Under the pieces are notes generated by a model. That model ran no database searches and was not told where the DNA came from. It saw nothing but the letters and a program-made list of their open reading frames with translations. This document shows, piece after piece, positions 47,015 to 57,382 of a DNA stretch of 64,000 bases; position 1 is the stretch's first letter; each line of letters begins with the position of its first letter. Origin of the DNA: a virus. The translations under genes and the position numbers were made by a program. The stretch is from the IMG/VR virus record IMGVR_UViG_3300009601_000004, positions 28,737-92,736 of that record. One strand, given 5' to 3'.

Positions 47015-49684
47015 TCATCTGGCACGCTTGAGTGCAGCGCCAAGGTCGCGGAGGGTTACCAGAATTGGCCGACCGTTCTTATCTAGTCGCAATTCGTGCC
47101 CCAAACGTCCACCAACACGCGAAGCGAAAGTAGCAGACACCGCAGAGGACACGTCACCATCAAGCAGCGCTATGGCCTGCTCTACCGTGCTTTCCCCCTC
47201 GTGTACACGTTCACCCCCCATGACAGCCTCGACTTCGATGCGCTTGCGTTGAAGCATCTCGGTGATGTGCTCGTCAACCGTGCCGCGTGCCAGCAGGTGC
47301 GTGAAGGTCGTGCGGTCAGTCTGGCCGATACGGTGGATACGGTCCTCGCCCTGCTCCATCCATGAAGGGTTCCACCACTGCTCGACGAACAGCATGTCAG
47401 AGGCAGCGGTCAATGTGATGCCTTGGTAGCCGGCCTTGGTCAGGACGATGACGTCGCGCTCTCCCGCTTGGAAGGCCTTCACGCGCTCATTGCGCTTCTT
47501 TGCCGACACAGCCCCGTCGAAGTATGTCCAGTTAGCACCGAGCTTGTCCAGACCTGCACAGATGCCCTTGAGGACCGCTTGGTGCCACACAAACACAACG
47601 AGCGGCCCAGCTTCTACCGCTTGCCTGTCTGCAATCCACTGCAGTGCAGGGGCTACCTTCGCTTCTCCGATGAAGCGCCACAGAGACATGATGGTGTTGC
47701 GTGAAGCGTGTTGATTGAATGCGCTTTCGCTGTTGCCGGCGCGCACGGCAGCAACAGCCGCCTGAGCCGGGAGGATGCCATCCCCGACTAGGTGATGGAA
47801 GTGGGCCACCGACGCCTTGAGTGCCCGCTCCTTGGCGACGCCGAGCATGTACTCCGCACCTTTGTCCGCAGCCCCATCGTATTTTTTGCGAACGGTGTCA
47901 GGGAGGTTGAACCACAGTGGTACCCTGGTTTTGTCCGGCAGCTCTCCGAGTACCTCGGACTTGCGGCGACGTACCATGTGGTAGCGCAGACGATGCCGCA
48001 ACTCTGCATTGAGGTCCCCCCCGGCATCGTCCACGAAGGTGCGCAGCTCTGTACGTCCGCGCTTTGCTCGTTTTTCCACGATGCGTTGACGGAGGTTGCG
48101 ATACCGGTGGTTGAAGTCGTCGCGGGTCGGGAACTCTTCACGGTCGATGATGTGCAATGGATGCCACATCTCGCTAGTTTTATTCTCGATGACGGTACCG
48201 GACAGACCAATGCAGTAGGGCACAGATTGACCGATGGCCTTGAACGCTTGCGACCGTTTGGCCTGGGGGTTCTTTGCCATGTGGATTTCATCACCGATGA
48301 CTGTCTGCACGCCCTCAAAAAGAAGGTCTTGCGCCAGCGGGGCAAGCAAGTCCCAGCTCACCACCCACACGCGCCGGTCGTTGGCCGGTGGCAGTTCTGC
48401 GGCAGCGCTCCCGATGACAACGGGGTCGAACCAAGGTGCAAATAGCTTGATCTCGTCGACCCAGTTGTGTGTCACCGAGCCCGGTGCAATCACGAGAGCA
48501 GGCAAGAGCTGACCATGCCCGTGCAACAGCGTTGCAATCGCCTGTATGGTCTTGCCGAGCCCCATGGCGTCCGCGATGAGCCCACGATAGCCACGGGCGG
48601 CCAAGAAGGCTACACCGATGCTCTGATACTCCCGCAGCACCAGACCGGGGGGGAGCGGCACATTACGCTCCACAGCTCGTGCCCACTGCCGAATGTCTGG
48701 GTCGGCAATCTCGGCAAACGTACCCGCGGCAGACAGCAGCGCGAGGTCTCGCCGGGGTTCGGCTGCGCTGTCCGTGCAGATGGCTAAACGAATCGCGAGA
48801 GCCGAAGCAAGATTACGACGTTCAAGCTGACGCGTAACGCGCAACACCTGACGACCGTCGAAGCTCGTGTAGTGCGCTCCCTTGTCGTGGTAGTCGATGG
48901 CACCTGGCAGGGTGCGCCGCCAGTCGCCGACCTCCCCTGCACCCTCACCTACGAGCAGCGCAATGCGGTCCGGCTGCTCGCCGCCGCCCTCTAGCCACTG
49001 CCAACGCACGAGGGTCTCCCCCTTGCCAGGACCGTCCCAAGCGATGACATGCCCCTTGTCCATGCCGGGCCGGACCTTGTGCGCGAGCAGCTGGGCCACG
49101 ACGGGTAGGCAGCGGTCGAAGTAGGTGGCGTCTCCTCTGTCCTTGCTGCTGGACATCCGCTGCATCGCCCGTGTGAAGCCTTCCGCCTCCTTGTACAGCT
49201 CGACACTGACGCCACAAGCGGCGGCGCCGTCGGCGATGCGCTGGGCTTCAATGGCATCAAGTGCGTACTCTTCTGCTCGCTCCTCTTTGAGTGCTCCAGT
49301 CCACAGGGGCAGTAGCAGAGCCAGCGCACGCGACAGAATGGGGCGCTTCGCTTTGGCCAGTGCCTCAATGATGCGCGGAACGTCGGCAAGGTCGACCTCT
49401 GCGTACCATAGGCCTTGAACTTGTCGCCACAGACCACACCCAGGCACCGCATGGGTGTGGTCTTCGAGCGTGCCAATGTCTAGGCCGATGGCCCCGCAAA
49501 ACTGTTTCAGCTGGCCACTGAAGCCGAAACGGGCCGTCTCAGGACCGCCGCACCCCATGCCCCGGTCATCCCGCCATCCATCGTTCCAAGCGTACCAGCC
49601 GTCAGGCACCACGGTACCGTGCATCGGAGGCACTACAGTGGGTGTCTGTTCACTCACGCGAGCCACCATTTCCAAGTATCCCAC
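47015..49684 (-). CDS. SNF2-family helicase (HARP/SMARCAL1-like)
   Basis: DAMGLGKT, DEIH, LSGT, RRRKSEVL.ELP, GITLT, QGEDRIHRIGQ. Confidence 0.92.
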   Translation of the reverse strand: MGYLEMVARVSEQTPTVVPPMHGTVVPDGWYAWNDGWRDDRGMGCGGPETARFGFSGQLKQFCGAIGLDIGTLEDHTHAVPGCGLWRQVQGLWYAEVDLADVPRIIEALAKAKRPILSRALALLLPLWTGALKEERAEEYALDAIEAQRIADGAAACGVSVELYKEAEGFTRAMQRMSSSKDRGDATYFDRCLPVVAQLLAHKVRPGMDKGHVIAWDGPGKGETLVRWQWLEGGGEQPDRIALLVGEGAGEVGDWRRTLPGAIDYHDKGAHYTSFDGRQVLRVTRQLERRNLASALAIRLAICTDSAAEPRRDLALLSAAGTFAEIADPDIRQWARAVERNVPLPPGLVLREYQSIGVAFLAARGYRGLIADAMGLGKTIQAIATLLHGHGQLLPALVIAPGSVTHNWVDEIKLFAPWFDPVVIGSAAAELPPANDRRVWVVSWDLLAPLAQDLLFEGVQTVIGDEIHMAKNPQAKRSQAFKAIGQSVPYCIGLSGTVIENKTSEMWHPLHIIDREEFPTRDDFNHRYRNLRQRIVEKRAKRGRTELRTFVDDAGGDLNAELRHRLRYHMVRRRKSEVLGELPDKTRVPLWFNLPDTVRKKYDGAADKGAEYMLGVAKERALKASVAHFHHLVGDGILPAQAAVAAVRAGNSESAFNQHASRNTIMSLWRFIGEAKVAPALQWIADRQAVEAGPLVVFVWHQAVLKGICAGLDKLGANWTYFDGAVSAKKRNERVKAFQAGERDVIVLTKAGYQGITLTAASDMLFVEQWWNPSWMEQGEDRIHRIGQTDRTTFTHLLARGTVDEHITEMLQRKRIEVEAVMGGERVHEGESTVEQAIALLDGDVSSAVSATFASRVGGRLGHELRLDKNGRPILVTLRDLGAALKRAR

Positions 49685-49885
49685 TTAGAATCCACGGTGT
49701 GCGACACGTAGCCCAGCCCCTCCGCAGCGAGTAGCTCTGTCAGCACTAGTGCGGGGCTGTAGTAGAGCTTGTCGGCCACAGCGGTAGCCGTCGCAGGCTC
49801 GATGTCTGCGAGGGCGTTGATGATCTTTTCGATGGGGTCGGCGTGCATAGCCCGCAGGGTATCACCCGCGAGCGGTCAGGTCGAC

Positions 49886-50227
49886 TTAGATGAATCCACC
49901 GGTCTTGACAGACTGCGAAGTGCCCACGCCTGGCATCCACCCACGCACCTTGTCCCAGGCACCTTGTGGCGGTGGTCCACCAGCATCCGGCTTCCCTTCC
50001 ATTGCGGCCTGGTTGGCTTGAGCAGCGGTCAGTACAGGCGCGGGAGCTGAAGCTCCTTTGCCGGCAGTCGCGGTCGAGTAGGATTTGTAGGTCCAAACGG
50101 CAGCGGCAGCGGCGGCTACTCCGCTGGCGATCTTGGTGTTGCGCTTGCGCGTTCTCACTGCGGCCATGATGAGACCTAGCGTTGCGAGACCACCGACAAT
50201 CATCTGTGAGTTGAGAGAGAACGCCAT
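49886..50227 (-). CDS. Small membrane protein
   Basis: Two hydrophobic segments around a basic RTRKRN loop. Confidence 0.6.
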   Translation of the reverse strand: MAFSLNSQMIVGGLATLGLIMAAVRTRKRNTKIASGVAAAAAAVWTYKSYSTATAGKGASAPAPVLTAAQANQAAMEGKPDAGGPPPQGAWDKVRGWMPGVGTSQSVKTGGFI

Positions 50228-50541
50228 TAGATCACAGCCGCTGCGAACGGGGAGCCGTAGCCGGCCATCTTGCCGGGGTCGATCACAGGCTCATCCTCTT
50301 TCGACTGCACACCTGGGATTTTAGCTTGAACCATGGCGCGCTGGCTCTGTCGCGCAATGATCTTCATCTCCATGCCTTTAGGGCCTTGAATAAGGGCAGG
50401 CGCTCCCAGCGCGGCCAGCACACCGAGCACCACCTTCCCCCATGTCGGTTTGACCTTGTAGGCACCGAAGGCGAATGCAGCAGTGAAGATGGCTTGGCTG
50501 GCGTATTGGCCACGAGCCATGGCTTTGGGGTCGACGGGCAT
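50227..50541 (-). CDS. Small membrane protein
   Basis: Two hydrophobic helices; GGAG RBS. Confidence 0.6.
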   Translation of the reverse strand: MPVDPKAMARGQYASQAIFTAAFAFGAYKVKPTWGKVVLGVLAALGAPALIQGPKGMEMKIIARQSQRAMVQAKIPGVQSKEDEPVIDPGKMAGYGSPFAAAVI

Positions 50542-50550
50542 GAGAAACTC

Positions 50551-51459
50551 CTAGAGGTCTGCGAGGACGGAACGAAGGGCAGCGGTCAGACGTGCCATAT
50601 GAACGGAGTCGTCTTCTTGTGCAGGCTTAGAGGGGCGTACAGGGGCGTAATGGCCGCCTGCGGGGGCTTGACGGCGCGACGGTCCACGGCGTGACGACTT
50701 CGCGGGTGCGGACACCCGATGGTCCATCCCCACCTGCCGTACAGGCTTGTACGATGCACCGGGGATGACACCCGTACGGCCACTGTGTGAGCGACCTCGG
50801 GTCTTGGTCTTCGGAGCGGGTGCGCGGTACTCCATGCCTTGGCGCTTGGGGGCTAAACGCTGCGTCGCTTGTGTTGGTGCAACAGAGTTTTCAGCCGCCG
50901 TGACGGCTGCAGTGATCTCGTCTTTTTGCGCAGAAGTCAAACGCTTTGATGTGGGGTACCGACCCTCGCCACGCAAATACTTGCGGTACTGGGTACCGTA
51001 ACGCTTCTCTTCTGCGGTGTGCCCTGGAGCGGAAGTGGCGCGGGGCTTGCGGGGCTTGCGGGGCTGGCGGGTGCCACTAGACGCAGCACGCTTAGCCGCG
51101 GCTTCTGCACGGGCCATGGCGGCGTTGACACGCTTGGTCGCAGCGGAGCCCCCCGCACCGGCTTCAACGTAGAATCCCTTGGGAGCGGCCTTGCTGTCTA
51201 GCTCAGTAAACGATTTCACTTCACCGATGACACCGGGTCCGGTGATGAGTGCGAAGTCCCCGGCTTTAGTGCCGTTGAAAGAGTAGATCCGAAGACTGAC
51301 ACCTGTGGCTCCCGCTCGCGTGTGTGAGACCTCTGGCCGCTTGAGCTTGCCGCCGTGGGCCGCGAGTACCTTGCTAATGGCCGTCAGCTGCGCACCTTCA
51401 GACTTACGCGCACTTACGTGCTTCTTGATGAGGGCTAAAATGGTGCTTTGACTTGCCAT
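50551..51459 (-). CDS. Basic, partly low-complexity protein (possible virion core component)
   Basis: Lys/Arg-rich; preceded by CGCTAGACTG. Confidence 0.55.
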   Translation of the reverse strand: MASQSTILALIKKHVSARKSEGAQLTAISKVLAAHGGKLKRPEVSHTRAGATGVSLRIYSFNGTKAGDFALITGPGVIGEVKSFTELDSKAAPKGFYVEAGAGGSAATKRVNAAMARAEAAAKRAASSGTRQPRKPRKPRATSAPGHTAEEKRYGTQYRKYLRGEGRYPTSKRLTSAQKDEITAAVTAAENSVAPTQATQRLAPKRQGMEYRAPAPKTKTRGRSHSGRTGVIPGASYKPVRQVGMDHRVSAPAKSSRRGPSRRQAPAGGHYAPVRPSKPAQEDDSVHMARLTAALRSVLADL

Positions 51460-51483
51460 CGGGATTCCTTCCAGTGCTGTGCG

Positions 51484-51493
51484 CAGTCTAGCG
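51484..51493 (-). promoter_or_regulatory. CGCTAGACTG motif copy 4
   Basis: Exact 10-mer 25 nt upstream of start 51459. Confidence 0.55.
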
Positions 51494-52002
51494 CTTGAGT
51501 CCTAGTGTCTACTACCGGCCGCGACGCCGAACCACACCATCGCCTCGCTCGATCTGTCGACCGCCCTTCACTGTCCACACAGGCCGCAGCCGTGCCCCGG
51601 TCACCAACGCCTTGAGTTTGTCCCGCTCCATGAGTGCGACCAGCTCAGGCGGTATCCAGTACAGCTCGACGATGCGGTCGTCACTGATGGCCTCGCGACC
51701 TTTGCGCCGGATGATGGCGTGGGCCTCTGTGTGGTCGACCCGGCGCACCTTGGCCTGTCGGCGCGTCTTGACGAAGCTGGGCCCCTTCCACGCGCCGCGT
51801 GTCTTACCTTTGCGGGTCTTCTTTGCCGGTTTAGGCACCATCCGCGCCATGTACAGGCCGCCTGGTGCCCCAAAGCGCGAGCAGGGCAGCGGAGCCCGCG
51901 CAGAGGCGGCCAGAGCGACACGGGACAGTGCATGGTCCGGTGTCTTCGGAGGGGGCGAACCCCTCACGGCCTTGACTGCGTTGCGGGCGGTGAGTGGCTT
52001 CA

Positions 52003-52617
52003 CTAGCGTTCACGGCCTACGCGAACTCCGCAGTATTCCCACAAGATGGTCCCGTGACCAAAACGGACGTCACTGGCCTTGTAGCCGGGCGCCACATGCA
52101 GGAGGAGCAACGCCCCACCGGGACCGGGTGTGCAGTTCATCGGGGCCTTGACGACGCGCTCGGCGATGGCGCGGCTCGTGCGTTTGTCCCCACCGGAGTT
52201 TTCTGTGCGGAGGTAGAACGTCCCGGTCTTGGGTAGACTTGGGTTGCTCCGCGCTTCCCGCCGCACGCGTTCACCGTCGTGGTAGTGATTGACTTTGTCG
52301 GCGTCAGCAGCGGCTTTGTAGGGCGTCTTGTAGGTGGTCTTGCCCACTTTCACACCGTTGGGAGAGTACAGGTACCACACACCAGGGCGTGTTTTCTCCA
52401 TGCCCCAGCCATCAGCATTCACATACAGACGCTGCTCGTAGTCATAGGTCCAACCCTTGGGCATCCTGGCAGGGTTGCCATGCTTGCCGGGGTTCACAAA
52501 CAACGCGGAGGCGCTCCGAAGGCTGGGATTGCGGCGCTTGCCCCCTCCACGGCCCCTGCGGTGCGCCTTGGCTTGTGCGCGCGTCATGCCCATCTGTTTT
52601 GCTGTCTTGCCTGCCAT
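52003..52617 (-). CDS. Basic protein with four NP motifs
   Basis: RRNP, VNP, GNP, RSNP. Confidence 0.6.
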   Translation of the reverse strand: MAGKTAKQMGMTRAQAKAHRRGRGGGKRRNPSLRSASALFVNPGKHGNPARMPKGWTYDYEQRLYVNADGWGMEKTRPGVWYLYSPNGVKVGKTTYKTPYKAAADADKVNHYHDGERVRREARSNPSLPKTGTFYLRTENSGGDKRTSRAIAERVVKAPMNCTPGPGGALLLLHVAPGYKASDVRFGHGTILWEYCGVRVGRER

Positions 52618-53309
52618 TATGCCACCTGCCCTACGTAGTTAACGTAGCTGCCGTTTGCTTGGCGGTACGTGTATTTCGTGCGATTCGTCCGACGTGTCAC
52701 GTAGGATGCATGGACATTAGGGCCGCGTGAATTGCGGTTGTACAAGATGGCCTGGTCAACAACAATCTCGCCGTTGGCTACCATCTCGCGAATCAAGCTG
52801 TACGTGTCGTTGCGGTCCATCCCTTCGATGTAGAAGTCAACGGCCTCGCCTTTGGTGTGCTGGCTACCATTTTCACCGCCGATCTCGGTGTTCAACTTGG
52901 GGCTGCGAAACCACGAAGTGACTCGAACACGCCCGTTGACGCGTTGGTCGAGGGGTGACAAAAAGTTCAAAGACAGATTGGAACCTGCACGCAGCTGAAG
53001 GGGCGTCGCGGAGTTGTCGATGCCCTTGGCTACCGCGGTGTTGCTGTGTAGGAAATCTTCCACCAAGCTGAAGCGCCCGAAGTCGTACGTTTCAATGGCT
53101 TGCTGAGTCTGGGGTGTATTCACGTTCACTCCACTGGATGAGGTGCCGGATGGCTTGGCTGGGCTTTGCGACGTGATGCGCCGCTTCGGCGTCTTACGCT
53201 TCTGGGTCTTGACTACGACGTAGCCCACACCCGCGAGTGCAAGCACCGCGGCTATGACGCCACCTAGAGAGGCCATGGTGAGGCCTCTGCGCTTGCGGCG
53301 CCTTGCCAT
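52617..53309 (-). CDS. Membrane-anchored peptidase M15 (peptidoglycan hydrolase)
   Basis: SWFRS..LN..IGG..SQH.KGEAVD ... VHAS; N-terminal TM helix. Confidence 0.85.
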   Translation of the reverse strand: MARRRKRRGLTMASLGGVIAAVLALAGVGYVVVKTQKRKTPKRRITSQSPAKPSGTSSSGVNVNTPQTQQAIETYDFGRFSLVEDFLHSNTAVAKGIDNSATPLQLRAGSNLSLNFLSPLDQRVNGRVRVTSWFRSPKLNTEIGGENGSQHTKGEAVDFYIEGMDRNDTYSLIREMVANGEIVVDQAILYNRNSRGPNVHASYVTRRTNRTKYTYRQANGSYVNYVGQVA

Positions 53310-53310
53310 G

Positions 53311-53781
53311 TCAATCCTCTGCGGTGACCGCGTCAATGACTACGCGGGCTGTCTTGCCCCCATTCTTGCGCTTCTTGCGCATGAAAGGGACGGGATGTTT
53401 GCCTTGTCCGGTGCGGTAGACGGCGAAAAGCCCTCCACCTACGACAAGCGCCCAGCCCCACCACGGGACCGTCTGCACAGCCCAGGTAGCGGTCCTGCGG
53501 ACGACACCGAGCTGCTTGACCTGTGGCTGCTGCTGCTCTTGCTCACCGGGAGCGGGCATCTGCGGTTCAGAGGACTGCGTGAAGGTCGTGCGGCCCGATT
53601 GGTCGAAGCCTCCGACCTGCGGACCCGCGCCACCAACGGCACCTGCACCACCTGCACCCGAAGGACCACCGTAGTAGTCTTCGGCTGTTTGGTAGGCCCC
53701 TTGCGGTGGCCGGGATTTGCTCTCTGGCTTGAAAGGCACTTGCCCCATGGAGCTAGAGGCGAACGGTAGTACGTCGGGCAT
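53311..53781 (-). CDS. Membrane-anchored virion protein candidate
   Basis: PWWGWALVVGGGLFAVY followed by a basic tail. Confidence 0.55.
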   Translation of the reverse strand: MPDVLPFASSSMGQVPFKPESKSRPPQGAYQTAEDYYGGPSGAGGAGAVGGAGPQVGGFDQSGRTTFTQSSEPQMPAPGEQEQQQPQVKQLGVVRRTATWAVQTVPWWGWALVVGGGLFAVYRTGQGKHPVPFMRKKRKNGGKTARVVIDAVTAED

Positions 53782-53789
53782 TCAGGACC

Positions 53790-54197
53790 TCAAGATGCGG
53801 AAGCGAAGAGAGCGGCGCGAATGTCCGCGCTAGCAAGTTGTCCGGCTGGGAACACAAACTGCAGGGAGAGGTCTTCGGCGATGACGGGACCGAGCAACGC
53901 CAAGTAAAACGGCACGGTAGGCGTCGCAGGCCAGACCCTCGAATCGATTACAACACCCGCGATGCCATTGACCGTCGCGATTAGCTTGACCACCGTATCG
54001 ACATGCACAGCGATGGCCCCGCTGGGTTGGGCCACCGTGTACGCGACGCGCGTCATCCCGGAGGTGTTCATAAAAAGGTGCGTCACCGTACTAGCACCAG
54101 CGTTTGTGAAGTAGCTGCCGCGTGTGCCGCCGCCGTTGCCCCCACCTGGAGTGACGTCGGCGACGTAGCGAGGGAGTCCTGTCTTTTCGCCAAACAT
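53790..54197 (-). CDS. Beta-rich structural protein candidate
   Basis: TGATG coupling; alternating hydrophobic strands. Confidence 0.5.
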   Translation of the reverse strand: MFGEKTGLPRYVADVTPGGGNGGGTRGSYFTNAGASTVTHLFMNTSGMTRVAYTVAQPSGAIAVHVDTVVKLIATVNGIAGVVIDSRVWPATPTVPFYLALLGPVIAEDLSLQFVFPAGQLASADIRAALFASAS

Positions 54198-54823
54198 CAG
54201 TGCAGCTCCGAGCTGATAGTGATCTGCTGGGCACCAACGGCGCCAAACACCAAGTCTGAGACGATGGCCAACCCCCAGAAACGGACAGGGCTGTGCAGTG
54301 GAAATACAAGCGTCGTGGTGTAGGTCGTGCGCGCCCCTGCTGTTGGCACGCTGAAGCCGCTGTACACCTGGCTTGAGATATTGAATGGCGCGCTGTTGTA
54401 CGCAAGGAGTCGGGGGTTGAGAGCGTGTGACCTCGTCACGTAGCTGAAGCGCCACACGGATGCCGTGAGTAGAATAGCCTCGATGGTCACGTAAAGACTC
54501 AGGTGGTTACCGTGCATCAATTCACGGGGTACGGCCATGGCTTCGGTGCCGTAGCTGTTGGAGGCTGCAAGGTCACCGCGCAAGTCAAGAGGGACCAACT
54601 CCCACAAGCGGCGCTGTACGACACCCGCGCTGGCACCAAAGGCCCCGTCGCCGGTTGTGATGACCGCGCCCTGGCTAGGGCCGCTCGTGCCCTGGCCCTG
54701 GTAGCCTAGCGGACGCTGGACATCGACAGGCATACCGCTGCGCCCACCGAAGGCACCACCGCCTACGCGTTGCTGCCCTGCGGCTTCCGGTAGGGAGCCA
54801 AAAGCGTTTACTGGTTTTGTCAT
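54197..54823 (-). CDS. Beta-rich structural protein candidate with Gly-rich N-terminus
   Basis: AGGAGG RBS; strand-like C-terminal half. Confidence 0.55.
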   Translation of the reverse strand: MTKPVNAFGSLPEAAGQQRVGGGAFGGRSGMPVDVQRPLGYQGQGTSGPSQGAVITTGDGAFGASAGVVQRRLWELVPLDLRGDLAASNSYGTEAMAVPRELMHGNHLSLYVTIEAILLTASVWRFSYVTRSHALNPRLLAYNSAPFNISSQVYSGFSVPTAGARTTYTTTLVFPLHSPVRFWGLAIVSDLVFGAVGAQQITISSELH

Positions 54824-54838
54824 GGGGTCATCCTCCTA

Positions 54839-55435
54839 CTAGCCCGAAAAGTTGCCCGCCATGGGGGTCAGCTCGATTGCCCAGAGCGACAAATCGATAC
54901 GCAGGTTGGCGAACAATGGGGTGATCAGCACCTGCATGACCGTGCCGCCAGGAAAGCGCCAAGCTGGCATACCGAGGTAACGCGGGTATTTCGCGTCACC
55001 GAGCACAACCGAGCCCAGAGCGGCGTTGTCTTGGTACTGGCGACCCTGCGCCAGCTTGAATTGGACTGTGAAGGTGTCGAGCGGATTAGCCACGTTGGTG
55101 GGCGGGAATGCAGCACCAGACGTGTCGTAGACCGCAGCAGTGAGCGCGTAGATGGCGCTATCCAGGTCGAAAGCGATTGTCGGGATGGCGGTCGTACCCG
55201 CATTGCCGTTTACAATCGAGATCACGCGGTCGTTGAGACCGGGTGTGAAGCCTTCCGCGGGCAGAAGGGGTGCAGGCTCTGCGACGTGCATGGCAATGAA
55301 AGGTACACCGCCGATGACGGTTGCACGGCCGGTCTGCTCAAGACCCGCGCGCATAGCGGGACCGAGTTGTGACTCGATGGCTTTTTCCACGCTCTGTAGG
55401 GCGAGGGCTTCCATGTACTGACGTTGGGAGGTCAT
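54839..55435 (-). CDS. Candidate second single-jelly-roll capsid protein
   Basis: Beta-strand pattern and size similar to the adjacent capsid candidate; fold is inferred. Confidence 0.4.
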   Translation of the reverse strand: MTSQRQYMEALALQSVEKAIESQLGPAMRAGLEQTGRATVIGGVPFIAMHVAEPAPLLPAEGFTPGLNDRVISIVNGNAGTTAIPTIAFDLDSAIYALTAAVYDTSGAAFPPTNVANPLDTFTVQFKLAQGRQYQDNAALGSVVLGDAKYPRYLGMPAWRFPGGTVMQVLITPLFANLRIDLSLWAIELTPMAGNFSG

Positions 55436-55569
55436 AGCGAGACTCCAGAGGGGCAAAAGGTGTGCAAGGTCACAAGTGGATGAGACTAAAAAGGGGAAAG
55501 GCCCCGAAGGACGCTCGGATGAACGACCCGCGAGGCCTCACGGCGCTGTGGCCACCGCGGTGCGAAGGC

Positions 55570-56211
55570 CTAGCCTTCAGGCACTGCGGAGGTAGCGACG
55601 CCCACCAGGTGGGTACGGATGACGAGGTTCGAGCTGTTGATGCCGCCATCGACTGCGATAGCGGAGTCACCGAACGACAGTTGCAGCGAGAAGCTGGTGT
55701 TTGCCGGCAGGAGCACAGGCAGCTCGTGGTAGACCCAGGTAGACCCTGCGCCGTTGTTCAACGCGATACGTGAACCGCCGGAGCCGCCCTCGACTGCGCC
55801 GGTATCAGCGGTCGAACCGAAGATACCACCACCCTGTCCGATGAGGGACACGGTTGCAATTTCAACAGTCGTGTTGAGGAACTTCCAGATTGGAACGCAG
55901 TTGTTGAGCAGGTTGCGCAGGTCGGCGCCTACGACGGCCCACGAGTCGTCATAGAGCGGCTCAACAGCCACCTGACGCACGGTGTAGGCAAGACCAGACG
56001 CGATTCGACCGGCCTCGGCCATGTTGGTCTCAGCGATGGACATGGGATTCGGCCAGCCCTGGCCGGTGCCGCCTTGCTTCGTCGAGAAGAGGTCGCGGGT
56101 GAGTCCTGCCAAGACGGCGCCGTTCAGGAAGTAGTAGCTACTCCAGAGGTCGGCTTCGTAGTAGCGCTTTACGTTCGTGGGGAGCCGGAAACCGGCCATT
56201 TGTCCGTACAT
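55570..56211 (-). CDS. Candidate single-jelly-roll major capsid protein
   Basis: Strong AGGAGGT RBS, 213 aa, beta-strand periodicity, ETNM..AG.I and PVLLP..TSF.L.L.F segments; follows an Arg-rich core-like gene. Confidence 0.5.
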   Translation of the reverse strand: MYGQMAGFRLPTNVKRYYEADLWSSYYFLNGAVLAGLTRDLFSTKQGGTGQGWPNPMSIAETNMAEAGRIASGLAYTVRQVAVEPLYDDSWAVVGADLRNLLNNCVPIWKFLNTTVEIATVSLIGQGGGIFGSTADTGAVEGGSGGSRIALNNGAGSTWVYHELPVLLPANTSFSLQLSFGDSAIAVDGGINSSNLVIRTHLVGVATSAVPEG

Positions 56212-56356
56212 GAAGACCTCCTAAAAGGGTCGCGGGGTGTGCGCATAAAACAGGGAGAATTGAAAAGCCCTGTGCCGCAGAGGCGGCGGTAGGGGTGATG
56301 GACCGTGCGGAACTACAAGGGGTAGGAGGAGCTACACACGGTCCATCGAGGGAAGA

Positions 56357-57382
56357 CTAGGAGCCGACGAGCACGGCGCCCATGGCACCAGAGAAGCCGC
56401 CCGGTGAGACCGAGAAGCCAGGGCCCATGCCCATGTCAGCGGAGAGGAGGCCGTAGCCACCGGTAGAACTGGACACGAGGGCGCCCATGCCGGCCACTGG
56501 CTCATCACCACCGACCTGCTGTTCAGGTGTCGCGATGCCGGCTTCATTCGCCAGCTGGCGTGAACGCATCTTGACGTAGCCAGCACCCGCACCTGCAGCG
56601 GTCATCAGACCCGGCAGATTGGCGATGGAGCCAAGGAACGGGATCTTCGAGATACCGGCCATCTTCAGGCCACCTGCAACGACTGCACCAGAGAGAGCGG
56701 AGAGCAGCGTAAAGTACGCAAACTCATTCTCTTTCAGTACGGCCGGGATCCAAGTCTGCGACGAGACAATGGGCGACAGGCGGAGTGGGATTTCCATTGC
56801 GACACCGGCCAAGAGGCCAGCAGGCATGGAGCCGAACGCCGCCGCGAGGGTACCGCCAATGACAGGCACCTTCTTGAACATCTTGCCAATGCCGGGATTG
56901 CGGCGGACACGGCGAGAGCCCCGACGTGTCTTGCTCGACAGCTTCCATGGATTGCGACGCGGACGCATGGCTCCACGGCCCTTACGTGCGCGCTTGCGCT
57001 TGATCTTGCCGGCGTGAATGCGACGAACACCTGGACGCGGGTTGCGGCGTTTTGCCTGACCACGGCGAGAGGTGCGGCGTTTTGCCTGCCCACGGCGGGC
57101 GGTGCGGTGCTTCGCCTGCCCACGGCGGGCGGCGCGGCGAGGGTTGCGACGAGTTGCCCGGCGACGATTGCGACTGGCAAGCATACGGCGGCCAGAGTGA
57201 CGGCCCTTGCGGCCCTTGCGGCCCTTGCGGCTTGTGCGGCCCCGACGGGTCTTGCTGCGACTGCGGGGATTGCGGCGGGTGACCCGAGGTGCCTTACGGC
57301 GAGCCTTACGGCCTCGACCCGGATTGCTGATCACCGTCGCGATTGTCCGGCGGCGGCTAGTTGCGGTGCGACGACGCGCCAT
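56357..57382 (-). CDS. Arg-rich protamine-like protein with C-terminal hydrophobic helices (core/membrane protein candidate)
   Basis: Five RRNP, three RRGQAK repeats, then hydrophobic segments and a Gly/Met-rich tail. Confidence 0.65.
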   Translation of the reverse strand: MARRRTATSRRRTIATVISNPGRGRKARRKAPRVTRRNPRSRSKTRRGRTSRKGRKGRKGRHSGRRMLASRNRRRATRRNPRRAARRGQAKHRTARRGQAKRRTSRRGQAKRRNPRPGVRRIHAGKIKRKRARKGRGAMRPRRNPWKLSSKTRRGSRRVRRNPGIGKMFKKVPVIGGTLAAAFGSMPAGLLAGVAMEIPLRLSPIVSSQTWIPAVLKENEFAYFTLLSALSGAVVAGGLKMAGISKIPFLGSIANLPGLMTAAGAGAGYVKMRSRQLANEAGIATPEQQVGGDEPVAGMGALVSSSTGGYGLLSADMGMGPGFSVSPGGFSGAMGAVLVGS

